Assembly: GCF_001194135.2 (NCBI RefSeq)
Contig: NC_068982.1
Span: 104,660,991-104,724,990, forward strand
Source: Octopus bimaculoides
Lineage: Eukaryota
DNA length: 64,000 nucleotides
Direction: 5' to 3'
The notes under the pieces are model-generated. The model made no database searches. It was not told the DNA's origin and saw only the letters and a list, made by a program, of their open reading frames with translations. A program made the position numbers and the translations under genes. Every line of letters begins with the position of its first letter. The first letter of the stretch is position 1. This document shows positions 48,691-59,916 of this stretch, piece after piece.

Positions 48691-50280
48691 AATTTAAATA
48701 TTTACATTTGTACAGTTTTCTCCCTTGCCCACAACACCCACTTTACCTTTAATAGATCATCAAAGTTAACTGCAACATTAATTCGTCATTTGATTTGTGT
48801 CATACATTTTGGTACGTATATTATCTATCTGTCCTAGAACAGTGGATTGCAGAAACACTGGAGCATCAGACAAGATGCCAAGCAGTATTTTGTCATATCT
48901 ATTTACTTCCAAATTCATATCCTACTAAGATCAACTTTGCTTTCATTCTTCCGGGATTGTCGAATAAATAAAAGTCAAGAAGTGAGCTCAATGTAATTGA
49001 ATGCTTCCTGTCCTCAAATTTCAGGCAATCTGCCTTGAATGAAATTGTCCTTCATAAAGAAAATTATATGGTTGCGAATAGAAACAATTGTTCTGGAAAC
49101 TTCTTGCTCATATTCTGCATTGTAGATAATGATATAACTTGATTCACTTAGATAACATGAGACAGCAATAGAGCACTTCTACTTTGTTACTTGATCTGCT
49201 ACATACAGCAGCTAAATCCTTCTAAATAAACTTCTTACCCACTTTAAACATGAGATATATGATTTCAGTATTAAATCCTAGGACAATTTACTCCCCAATG
49301 AAATTAAAACAATGGTTAAAAGCATTTACTCACTACTTTGCTCAGTTGGCTCAACCTCTTTTGCCATGAGTCAGCATAAACATAGGTTTGAAGGGTTATC
49401 TAATACCACATCAAAAACAGCTAATAAACTTTAACTATTATTTGCAATGAAATGATAAGAACACACCATGCATATAATCTATGTTACACCAGTTATTGCT
49501 GTTTAGGTCAAAGTCAGCTCTGATCAAAGACATTCCAAACATAGCCATCTAATCTATTGTTAATTTTAAGCATACTATAGCTAGAACCAGAGTATCCAAT
49601 GTGATTTCTCCCTTTTTTTAAGAGATTCAAATGTGATAAGAGAGAGATTAAGCTGCTCTTTCTATTAGGTTGAGTGACCACATAGAGGCTTCCTCATTGG
49701 TTTGTGTTACACCTGTGTATTTCTTCTGTGAATCCCATTAATTAAATTGTTTAGATATTGCTGACTTTAACTTATCACAGTTAATTATACATTAAGTATT
49801 TTGCTTTGTTTTTTGTTTGTTTATTTGTTTTTGTTTTGTTATTTGTAAAAAAAATTATTGTTTAACTGCTAATCCAAACTAAGGAGCATTTAATTATTAA
49901 TACTACAGTTACTTCCCAGTTTCCTACATGAAACTAAGCAGTGTTATCATATCATTATATTGTCTGCTGACCTTCCTAAAGTAGTACATGTGCACCCATG
50001 ACTGCAGCAATATCAACAACCTAAAAAATAATTTACTACTAGGTAATTTTACTGTTATACCTGTTGCTTAACATCCTGTAATTCACTCATTTCATTATTC
50101 TTTAGTACCTTTATTTCTAATGTTAATTCTAAAGTGAATAGTATTATAAATGTTTAAAAGAAAAAAATGTCAAGAAAATTCAATATTTTTTTAATAATTT
50201 AGAATTATTTATTTAAAATCTTATTAAGCTTCTAGTTTTATATCACTATTTTTTGTTGTTTTTTTTGTTTATTTTTTCAG

Positions 50281-50438
50281 GGAACATGTCATCAGATATG
50301 GTCAACAAATTGCCCATGCTTTGCAGTCTTTTAAAGTCTACTACAGTTCTTAAATTTAAAGACAACATAGAAGTAAATGAAAGAATTGTTAAAGAAGACA
50401 TCACTAAATCGGATATTTTATGTAAAGATAAAGAAAAG
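50281..50438 (+). CDS. Candidate exon of an unidentified plus-strand gene
   Basis: Very strong acceptor (ttgtttattttttcag|) and AAG|gtaggt donor; one frame is open throughout (NMSSDMVNKLPMLCSLLKSTTVLKFKDNIEVNERIVKEDITKSDILCKDKEK). Confidence 0.55.
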
Positions 50439-51344
50439 GTAGGTTAGAGTAACTTTATAGAGGTCTACAGTAGCTTAGAGTACATGTTGTAAGTTGTATT
50501 TTCAACTCCTAACTCAACCTGCAATAAATATTTAAGATTCAGCTAAGAAGACTTCTATTCATTATACAAACCAACATATTTGACATGAATCTACATATTT
50601 TAAGTGTTAAGACAATCCTGAAAGTTTGTCTTTAATTGTTAAAATAATTTCTGAAATTTGGATGACAGCCAAGCAATGAAGCCATATGTATGCTGAAATA
50701 GGTTTTATGGAGAATTTGAACTAGCAACTGCAACCCAATGGCTGAGAAAAAAGGTCAAGGATGTGCTACCACTTGACCTATAAACAATACTGAATCTATT
50801 GCCAAGGAAGATGATAAATTTCTTGAAAAATTGCCTTTAGCTTCTACACATTATTTCTCTCAGCCTGTTCTTTCTGTAATTCTTCTGTTTAAACATCAAA
50901 CTTATCCGTTTCCCAATGTATCCTAAACTAAACATTTTTCCTAATTCTTTCTCTACAGGACAGTATCCTTCTTGAACTCAATTTCTCCTTTAATTTTTCT
51001 CTCAAATATAAACCAATGGCAATACAATGTAAATACTAATTGCCCTTCACTAGACTTTTGACTTAATTCAGTTGTTGAGGCATACAATTCACTGAACTAA
51101 TGCCAGAATATCACTGATATTAGTTTCGCCTACTCTTGAGGGAGTCTCTATGTTGTCACTTGAACTGCAAGAAATAGCAACCAAATCTCCATCAGACCAC
51201 ACCCTACCATCTCAAAAATGAGCACTTTGGATAATGTCATCCAAGAAAAACTATATTTAAGACTTCAACTGTGTATAGTGAGAAACCAAAGTAGAAAGAG
51301 TGAAGCAGCTATGTGACATTAACTATTCTTATGTGATTGAGTGT

Positions 51345-51917
51345 AAATTTGGTTTAACTTGCGAAGACCTGTTGAGGCAAGTGAATCGAAATTGAGTTAA
51401 ATTGGACACTAAACTCCACTTGCGAAGACCTGTTGAGGCAAGTAAAATCAAAATCGAGTTAAATTCGACGACTGGCACCCATGCCAACATCGTCTCCTTC
51501 ATTGGACACCAAACTCAGCTTGCAAAGACTTATTGGGGCAAGCGAAAGCGAAATTGTGATGGCACCTGTGCCCAGCGTCGCCTTTCTGGCACTTGTGCCC
51601 GTGGCATGTGTAAGGACTTTCGAGCGAGGTTGTTGCCAGTGCCCCTGGACTGGCTCTTGTGCGGGTGGCACATAAAATACACTATTTTGAGCGTGGCCGT
51701 TGCCAGTACCGCCTGACTGGCCTTCGTGCCGGTGGCACATAAAAGCACGCTCTACACTCTGAGTGGTTGGCGTTAGGAAGGGCATCCAGCTGTAGAAACT
51801 CTGCCAAATCAGATTGGAGCCTGGTGTAGCCATCTGGTTTCACCAGTCCTCAGTCAAATCGTCCAACCCATGCTAGCATGGAAAGCAGACGTTAAACGAC
51901 GATGATGATGATGATGA
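51345..51917 (+). mobile_element. Young RTE-tailed retroposon 3' UTR with internal hairpin repeats
   Basis: CpG-rich; ends ccatgctagcatggaaagcagacgttaaacgacgatgatgatg; three cttgc-N14-gcaag units at 51357-51543. Confidence 0.88.
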
Positions 51918-52038
51918 CTATTATGTAACTGCCTTCTAGTAAAGCTATTGTAGTCCATGTAACTATTAATAGGTATCATGGAAAGGTATTGTAGGAAATT
52001 GTATAAGTGCAAGTGTAGCTACGTGCAGCTGTGACTGT

Positions 52039-52371
52039 GTGCAGGTGTGGTTATGCGGTCGAGAAACCTGCTTCCCAGCCATGTGATCTTTGGTTCAGGT
52101 CTCGCTTCATGGTACCTTGGGCAAGTGTCCTCTACTATAGCTCCAGGCCAACCACAGCCTTATAAATAAACTTGGTCGACAGAAACTGTATGTGTGTGTG
52201 TGTGTCTTCCACTACCTCTTGACAACTGGTATTGGTTTGTTTATGTACCCATAAATTAACAGTTCAGCAAAAGAAGCCAGTTGAATAAGTACTGGAGGTT
52301 GATTTATACAACTAAATCCTTCAAGACAGTGTCCAGCATGGCTGCAGTCCAATGAGTGAAACAAGTAAAAG
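52039..52371 (+). mobile_element. CORE-type tRNA-SINE
   Basis: ggtaccttgggcaagtgtc matches the MIR/CORE hallmark ACCTTGGGCAAGT; has the tRNA-like head and gaaacaagtaaaag tail. Confidence 0.85.
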
Positions 52372-52599
52372 AAAAAAACCCCTCTGAAGATCATAAACTA
52401 CACGTTATTACTTACGAGTCTCTTAATTGACAGTGTGTTTCTCTATCTTTTTGTGCGTCCTTCCTCTAAAGGGAAATAACTCTGCTCTTATTAGATTTAC
52501 TTTCCTTGATTACTAACTAGAAAGATTCACATCTGTAATTATTTGATACTTAAATAGTATTATTGTTGTTGATAGCATATAAACGAAGGAGAAATTTGT

Positions 52600-54400
52600 T
52601 TTGATGTATTCATTTCATTATTGGAAAACAGTTCAATCATAAATATTGTATTTATGTAACATTACCCGATATTAGCCAAAAGTGACAAAGTATATTCCCA
52701 ACATTAGCCGTCATACGGCTTATTTAATATTAAACTCTCTTGAGTTCGATCCCCAGTTAAGGATATTTTTAATTCATGCATAAAACGCTCTAGGGAAAGA
52801 CGTGACTATCAATATTATTTTTTGTCACTGATAAATCTTGATGCCTTGAACTTATGTAAGAATTACATATGAAAGTTTGGAAAGTCACTTTTCTGTTGCT
52901 AATTTGGATAAAGAAGGGCTGAGATAGAGGTATTTAAGTATTTCACGTTGTAGGCAATTCTCCAACAATAAGAACTACGACTAGCATAATCACTTGTTTC
53001 TAAAGATAAATCCTGACAGACACAACTTAGTATTTTTATCAGGTGCAAAAATAAAACCAACAAATAAGATGACGCCAACAAGTCGGTAAAAGAAAAAAAA
53101 GTTGGTGAGTTGTGAGGAAAAATAAGCTACTGTTTCGAGCGAGGCCCTTTGTAAGTTAATACTCAAAATCCAACTCGGAAACGTAGCTTCAAAGCTTCTT
53201 TTCATGCAACTTTTATTTACTTATTTACTAGCTATTTTTACTTCAAGACTTAGTCCTAGTCATATTTTGTTTTATGATGATATGTATGTGTGTGTGTGTG
53301 TGTGTGTGTGCGTGCGTGCGTGCGTGTGTGCGATTTTATATATATATATTCGATTTTTAAAAATCTTTTCATAAAGTCGAATCTCAAATAAATAACTTCT
53401 TATATCTTTCCTGAAATTATGGCAGTCACGGCGGAGTTACGTAATTTCATCTTAAGTATGAAAGTTAATATGTTTTCTTTTAAATCTCAGATGTTGCACC
53501 TATGTAAAAAAAAAATCAATATTCAATCTGTATTTATTTGTTTGGTTTGTAATATTTTCTTTTCTACTTTCGTTAATTTACTCAACACTGACTGCTTGTA
53601 TGCGTGTATATGTATGTGTGTGTGCTTGCATGTGTGTGTGTGTGAGAGAGAGAGAGAGCGTGTGTCTATGTGTACGTGCGTGTGTATGTGTTTCATCTCC
53701 GCCCCTTCTTTAGACTGACAGAAATGGATATGAATTCCTTTGCTATGAGATCCAGTTTATCAGTGCCATTATAGTTTGCAAAAAAGAACCACGTTGAGTT
53801 CTAAAGGAGTATAACACGTACAAAATAAGTAAAAGAATGGCGAAAATAGGTAAAACAAATAAATTGTGTAAGATAAAAAGAAGAAGAAAATAAGAGAAAA
53901 GAAAAGAAACTTGTCGGATCACTTCTATTTGACGTAACGCAACTTCGAAATATTCAGCTCGCCCTAGCAAGTTAGTCAGCTGTTAGGACTATGCAAAGCT
54001 GATGCTGAACGAGTTGTGAGATAACTTGGCGAACTAACTGCAACATTTTATGTATCAGATGACCCAGTGAATCTTGTGTAGTATACAATTCATCAGCTGT
54101 GCCCTTGTACTGGAAACGAAACAAGCTAACGAGCAAGCAAACAAACAAATCACTATGTAAATGGGTTAAATGAGTACCATGGAATATTTTTTCGTTTCTT
54201 TTTTCTTTTTTTGTCACAGAAGAGTAACAAAACATATACACATCTCTCTCCCCTCTCCTTCTCTGTGTTATGTATGTATATATATATATTTGTGTGTGTG
54301 TGTGTATTTCATCTATATATATTTATATATTTCATATATATATGAGACATACACGTGTGTGTATGTGTAGACGGAAATAAAGAAGTCATAATTTTGGAAA
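52600..54400. promoter_or_regulatory. Promoter-like region with a possible first exon (ATG GCG AAA ATA G|gtaaaa at 53837-53849)
   Basis: CpG visibly more frequent than in the flanks, few SINEs, microsatellite clusters, several donor-like sites (53108, 53151, 53850). Confidence 0.35.
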
Positions 54401-55989
54401 ACGTGTCATATTTCATTTAAATACTAGAAATCATAGTTACAGTAAGTAAATAATATTTGAAATATCTTATCAACTGTCACTATATGATTTGTACACATTG
54501 AAAACATTACATTGCTGCGGGAAAAATAATTACGTTTTCTTTAGTTTCTGGCATAAAACAAGGTTATAAAATAATTAAATCAATACATTGAAATTTTCCA
54601 GTGACTTTCCTTTGACTTTATTATTTATCCCTAAAACCACGAACTTCTCTGAATTTCTGAAAATTACATTGAATACAATCATTCTTTAAGTCCCTAAAAG
54701 ACTTTTCCCATCTCTCCCATCTCTCCACCCCCACTCCGTAGATATTAGTTGCATGGTGAACGAAAATAGCAGCTTATGGTGAGGTGGTGGAGGATAGAAG
54801 ATAACCAAGAGTTTCTATGTGACACCTGATGCGAACCATAAACAAAATCAGTGGACGGAACACTGCTCCAACCAGGCAGAAAATGACATTCGTGATACAC
54901 TAGATAGAACCATAAAAGCTAAATGGTAGGCTTCAGAAAATCGATAGACAATGAGAAGCAAGGCACTATATCAGGTAGAAGGTTTAGAAGCAACATGTAG
55001 CAAGATGTTTGCCAGTATTTTTACAATGAAAGGATCAGAAGTATGAGATGTTTCAGACTGTAAGGCAGTAAATCAATGTAAAGATATTTTGGCAAGAAAA
55101 TACGTGTGGATTAATAGCAACAAACTTGCCTTCATTAAAAGTGAGAAAAAAGGTCCTGGAAATAATTATAAAGTTGCTGAATGAGAAAGAGGGTCTATTC
55201 CAAATAGACCTAATAGACCAGCTCTTGAAGTTTATATATATATAGTTCAACGTGATTATGGATAAGAAACTGCAGGTCTTTCACCAATAAATCACTGATA
55301 AACCTGGCAAAATAAGATACTTAATCACTTGCTTAATCAGTCAGATGTTATACTTCCATGAACATTTCCAATGATTAGCATTAGAAGTATCGCCTTTAAT
55401 TGCTACAATAGCAAAGGAAATGCTCTAAAAAAGTAAACAAACATAGAGATATCAGACTGCTGGACCAGATTATGAAAGTAGCTGTGGTTGATGCTAAGAA
55501 AGACATCCAGCCATAGAAACTATGTCAAACAGGAAATGAATAAGTAAGGTGGCAATCCCCGGACCCATTGAATAGTTAACACTATTATGAATTAAAAATG
55601 AAACATTAAAACTCAGCATAAACAAATTATTGATACAACTGTAGAAGAAAACTCTGTTCTACTACTGTTGTAACTTTACTGTTTGCATTAACTAAGAACA
55701 GCAGAAGTAGTGCTTATATATAAGGAAGATGCACATAAAGACCAAGTATACACCAGAAATTAATTCTCTCAAATGTCCTGGAGGCTCCCTAGAGATAGTA
55801 AATAGTTTCAGTCACTTAGTGACCTAATACGAAAAGGAGAAGGTTCTTTTGAAAGTGTAGGTGTTAGAAGAAGAATAGGATGGAGAAATGTCAGGAGCTA
55901 TTGCCTCTGTTGGCAACAAAAGGTCTCTCTCTCCAAATGAAAGGCAGATTATGAGACTGGTCATGTGATGCATGTGGATGAGAACAGTT

Positions 55990-56195
55990 GCATAAAGAAG
56001 TGCTGATTGCTCAAAGCAGAGGGAAGTTGTGGAAGAGAGAGGCCCAAGAAGACAGGGCAAAGTGTTGAAGGCTGATCTAAAGATGCTGCGCTTTATAGAG
56101 GAGATGACAGAGGACTGAGACAACTGGTTATTTGCTGTGCTCAAGAAAACTGTCCATTGTAACAAAGATGTAATCCTAAAACCATTTGGTATGCT
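55990..56195 (+). mobile_element. RTE C-terminal remnant followed by a CT-rich tail region
   Basis: CGRERPKKT..VLKADLKMLRFIEEMTED*DNWLFAVLKK; a homologous piece is at 59395-59560. Confidence 0.75.
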
Positions 56196-56634
56196 TGTAC
56201 ATGTGGGTGGGAGTGCTCCATTCCTCTCTCTCTCTCATTCTCTCTTTCAATCTGCCTTGTCATCCACTAACACCTACCACTCCCCTATCTATGGTATTTT
56301 TTGGCTGCTGTAATCATCTGAGGGCAGAATTGGCACATGTTACTCCCCACCCACCTTCTGTTACCACTTCTCTCCCCACTTCACAGGAGCCACTTTTATT
56401 CCTCATTATCCTCCCTACCTACACTATTTCTACCAATCACCCTCTTACTGTGCCTTCAGCCATGGCTTTTTCCTCTCCACTATTCTGTTATTAACACCTC
56501 TTTTATCTGCTATTATTCTTAATGCCCTCAAATCTCTATCATCATGCTCTACTTACTATAGCCCTTATGTACATTTATATTTCCCTTCTCTACTGATCCT
56601 ATACTTTGCATACCATACCACTACTTTCTGATCT

Positions 56635-56967
56635 GTGAGGGTGCATGGCTTAGTGGTTAGAGTGTCGGGCTCACACTCATGAGTTCTATTCCTGGACTGG
56701 GCTGTGTGTGGTGTTCTTGGGCAAGACATTTTATTTCATGTTCACTCAGCTGTAGAAATGAGTTGCAATGTCACTGGTGCCAAGCTGTATCGGCCTTTGC
56801 TTTTCCCTTGGGCAACGTCAGTAGCATGGAGAGGTGAGGCTGGCATGCATGGGCAACTACTGGTCTTCCATAAACAACTTTGCCTAGGCTTGTGCTTTGG
56901 AGAGGAACTTTCTAGGTGCAGTCCCCACAGTCATTCATGACTGAAAGGGGTCTTTACCCTTACTCTT
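56635..56967 (+). mobile_element. tRNA-SINE with a Deu/Nin-like core and a 13-bp TSD
   Basis: Head tggcttagtggttagagtg, core gttcttgggcaagacattt, (CTTTAC)-like tail; TSD tactttctgatct at 56622-56634 and 56968-56980. Confidence 0.9.
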
Positions 56968-59683
56968 TACTTTCTGATCTATTTCCCTTCCTGAGCCACT
57001 CCTATATCTCTCACCTTACCCCTCTCCATACTGATATTTCTTTTCAACCACACTTGCACCCTTCTTCATAACTCACAAAAGTAACCTCTGTCCCCATTTT
57101 TAACCATCTGTAACTCACCCTCACCCTTTTATGAAACTATCTACTCTCTCATCTCCTCTCATGGCCCACTGTCTGTATCCTCTCTTATGCTCACCTTCTT
57201 GTACTTTTGGAGTTTGCTTTAGCACTCCATTACTGCCTTCTTTTATCTCTTTCAACCATGTATTTCCTCTACAGCAAGATACCTGCACTTGTCCCACTAT
57301 CATACTTTACCCTTTCAACACCTGGTATAAAGCCGCCCACCTCCGTCTTTCTTCTTAAATACTCCCCACTTAGTTATGGGAATTTTTTCTCTTTTCTTTG
57401 TTCTTTTTCTGTCTTCCAAGTTTACACTAGTGCCAACGGCACAAAAAAGCACCCAGTACACTATGTAAAGGGGTGTTAGGAAGAGCATCCAGCCATAGAA
57501 ACCATATCAAGGCTGATGTTTAAAGCTTGACAGCCTTGCAGCTTGTCAGATCCTATCAAACCATTCAACCTATGTCAGCTTGAAAAATGGATATTAATTG
57601 ATGATGATGATGATGATATGTAGATATATATATCTATGGCAACTGAAGATATCCCACCCAACCCTGCTGAAATTGTCATTATAAGCCTAGATCTTTCCAA
57701 CTCCTGTACATCAAAAGAGATGTAGATTCTATGAGTCATGCAAAAAAGTGACCCATTAGAGGGAACACTTTCATCTTGATCCAGATTACCATTCTTGCTT
57801 CTGTAAGCTCCAAAGTAGCCCAATATCTCCCTCAAAACATGGTCTCTCACTTGTAGTATTGATAATGTGCTTAGAATGTGAGAGGTACTGGTTTCACTAG
57901 CCATTACTGAGGCATAGATAGATGTGCTCTTTAGTACTATCATAGAAACTTCTCTAACACCATGGCACAATAAAAAGTACCCAATTCATATTGTTATGTG
58001 GTTGGTGAGAGAAAATACATCTCACTGTAAAATCCAACCCAAAGTCAGAATGCATGAAGACATGGGCACAGCATTCCACAGTACAGACAACCCATCTAGA
58101 AGAGTATTAACTCTGGATGAAAGCTATTATAGTCTAGAAAGAATACTTTGGTCCAATTAAAGATAACCTCTTGAATTAGTGTCAGTGACACCAGTAATAT
58201 ATGAGGGGCAATGCAGCCATAAAACCATGCTCCCTTCCCCCAGGAAATCTTTGATATACATGACAATTACCACTACAAGGTTCAGTGTTGCAGTGTAGTG
58301 GCTTGTCTATCTTAATGGCCCTGAGAGCCATGCCAGTTGAATGCAAACTCCTGAAAAGGTTTCCTATGAGGCCAGGCCAATATGGACCATCTCTTCCTAG
58401 ATGTAAAAATAGGTTTGTGTAGGGTTGGCACCCTTATCTTGAAAAAAAAGTAAAGTTACAGAAGCATTGAGTTACAAAACCAACAAGACCTGGAAGAAGA
58501 AAGCCTTCTCTCAGGAAGGTAGGATTCTGGGTTAGAGATCAAAAAGCAAGGATCCAACAGGAGAGAAGCAGGAAAGCCCAGAAGCAAGAACAGTAGAGAA
58601 AAGTTATCAATTGCCTGTACTCCATGAGGAGCAAAGTGTTTAACACAATGTATACCACAACAAAATCCCTGGTTTTCACTATTGCTGTATGTACCAGCTG
58701 ATAAAGAACCGTTGGACACTGAGATCTGTCCAAACCATTCTAGTATGGAAAATCAGGTAAAAAAAAATGAGGATGAGGATAAAACAAGGGATTTTGTTAA
58801 TCATTTCCATCACTTCTGAAAAAATGAAAAAAAAAAAGAGCTAACTTCTCACTCTCTGTTCTTTATATGCTTTCTTCTCATCTGAAATCACTGTAAAGCC
58901 ACAGGTCAACCTCAACTGAACATAGCTGCACTCAAATGTGTTCCAGCCATAACAGTCACATCTTTCACTTCGACACTCAATATACCCATGGCCATATTTT
59001 CTCATAATATTTCTTCTTCTTCTTCTGCTGTTGTTGTTGTTTAGTCCCAAGTAAATCTGATAAATCAAAGGCATTCCAACTGCAACTGTCCCAACATTTT
59101 GGTCTGTGTTATCTAATGTGTCCTCTTTTATAAAAGAGTAGAGTGTGATTTGTGAGGGATTTGGCTGATATAACTAGCAGGTCAAGTTGGTTATTATTTT
59201 CTAAAGAAGAAAGAACGTAATTTGAAGGAATTTCACTGTTATTTCAAGCAAGACAAGATGCTTGGTGATAGTATACAGAGTTTAAAGTTCCACAGTTTCT
59301 ATTAATGCTACTAATAATTCAGACTTTCTTCTTTATAAAATAAATAAGATAGATAATTATCGTTAATTTATTGGGAGGTCAATGACTTATAGTGGAGGGA
59401 AGTTGTGGAAGAGGGGGACCTAGGAAGATATGGGATAAAGTATTGAAGGCCAATCTCAAAACTCTGAACCTTACAAAGGAGATGACAGAGGACCGCAATA
59501 TGTAGCGCATTGCTGTACTTGAGAAGTCCTGCTCACCACAGCAAAATTGAGATCCTAAAACCAAGGTGTTATGTAAAAAGCATTGGTGTGGGTGCTGGTG
59601 CCATGTAAAAAGCACTGGTGATGGTGCCACGTAAAAAACACCTGATACACTCTGTAAAGTGGTTGGCAGAAATCAAACCAAAA

Positions 59684-59916
59684 AAGGCGGTGAACTGGCA
59701 GAAACGTTAGCACGCCGGGCGAAATGCTTAGTGGTATTTCGTCTGTCTTTACGTTCTGAGTTCAAATTCCGCCGAGGTCGACTTAGCCTTTCATCCTTTC
59801 CAGATCGATTAAATAAGTACCAGTTACACATTGGGGTCAATATAATCGACTTAATCCATTTGTCTGTCCTTGTTTGTCCTTTCTGTATGTAGCCCCTTGT
59901 GGGCAGTAAAGAAATA
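59684..59916 (+). mobile_element. Young full-length tRNA-SINE with a 16-bp TSD, inside an RTE 3' UTR (host about 59395-60035)
   Basis: TSD agaaatcaaaccaaaa at 59668-59683 and 59917-59932. Confidence 0.93.

Noticed and set aside
50963-50970. Isolated GTATCCTT U12-like donor
   Set aside because: Only 4 nt after an AG, inside CT-rich repeat-derived sequence, with no supporting exon or branch partner
51357-51543. CRISPR-like array of palindromic repeats
   Set aside because: Only three units, spacers homologous to each other, located inside a eukaryotic retroposon UTR, and no cas genes
57575-57970. 131-aa ORF on the minus strand
   Set aside because: Ends in a microsatellite or retroposon tail, has no recognisable motif, and is probably decayed repeat
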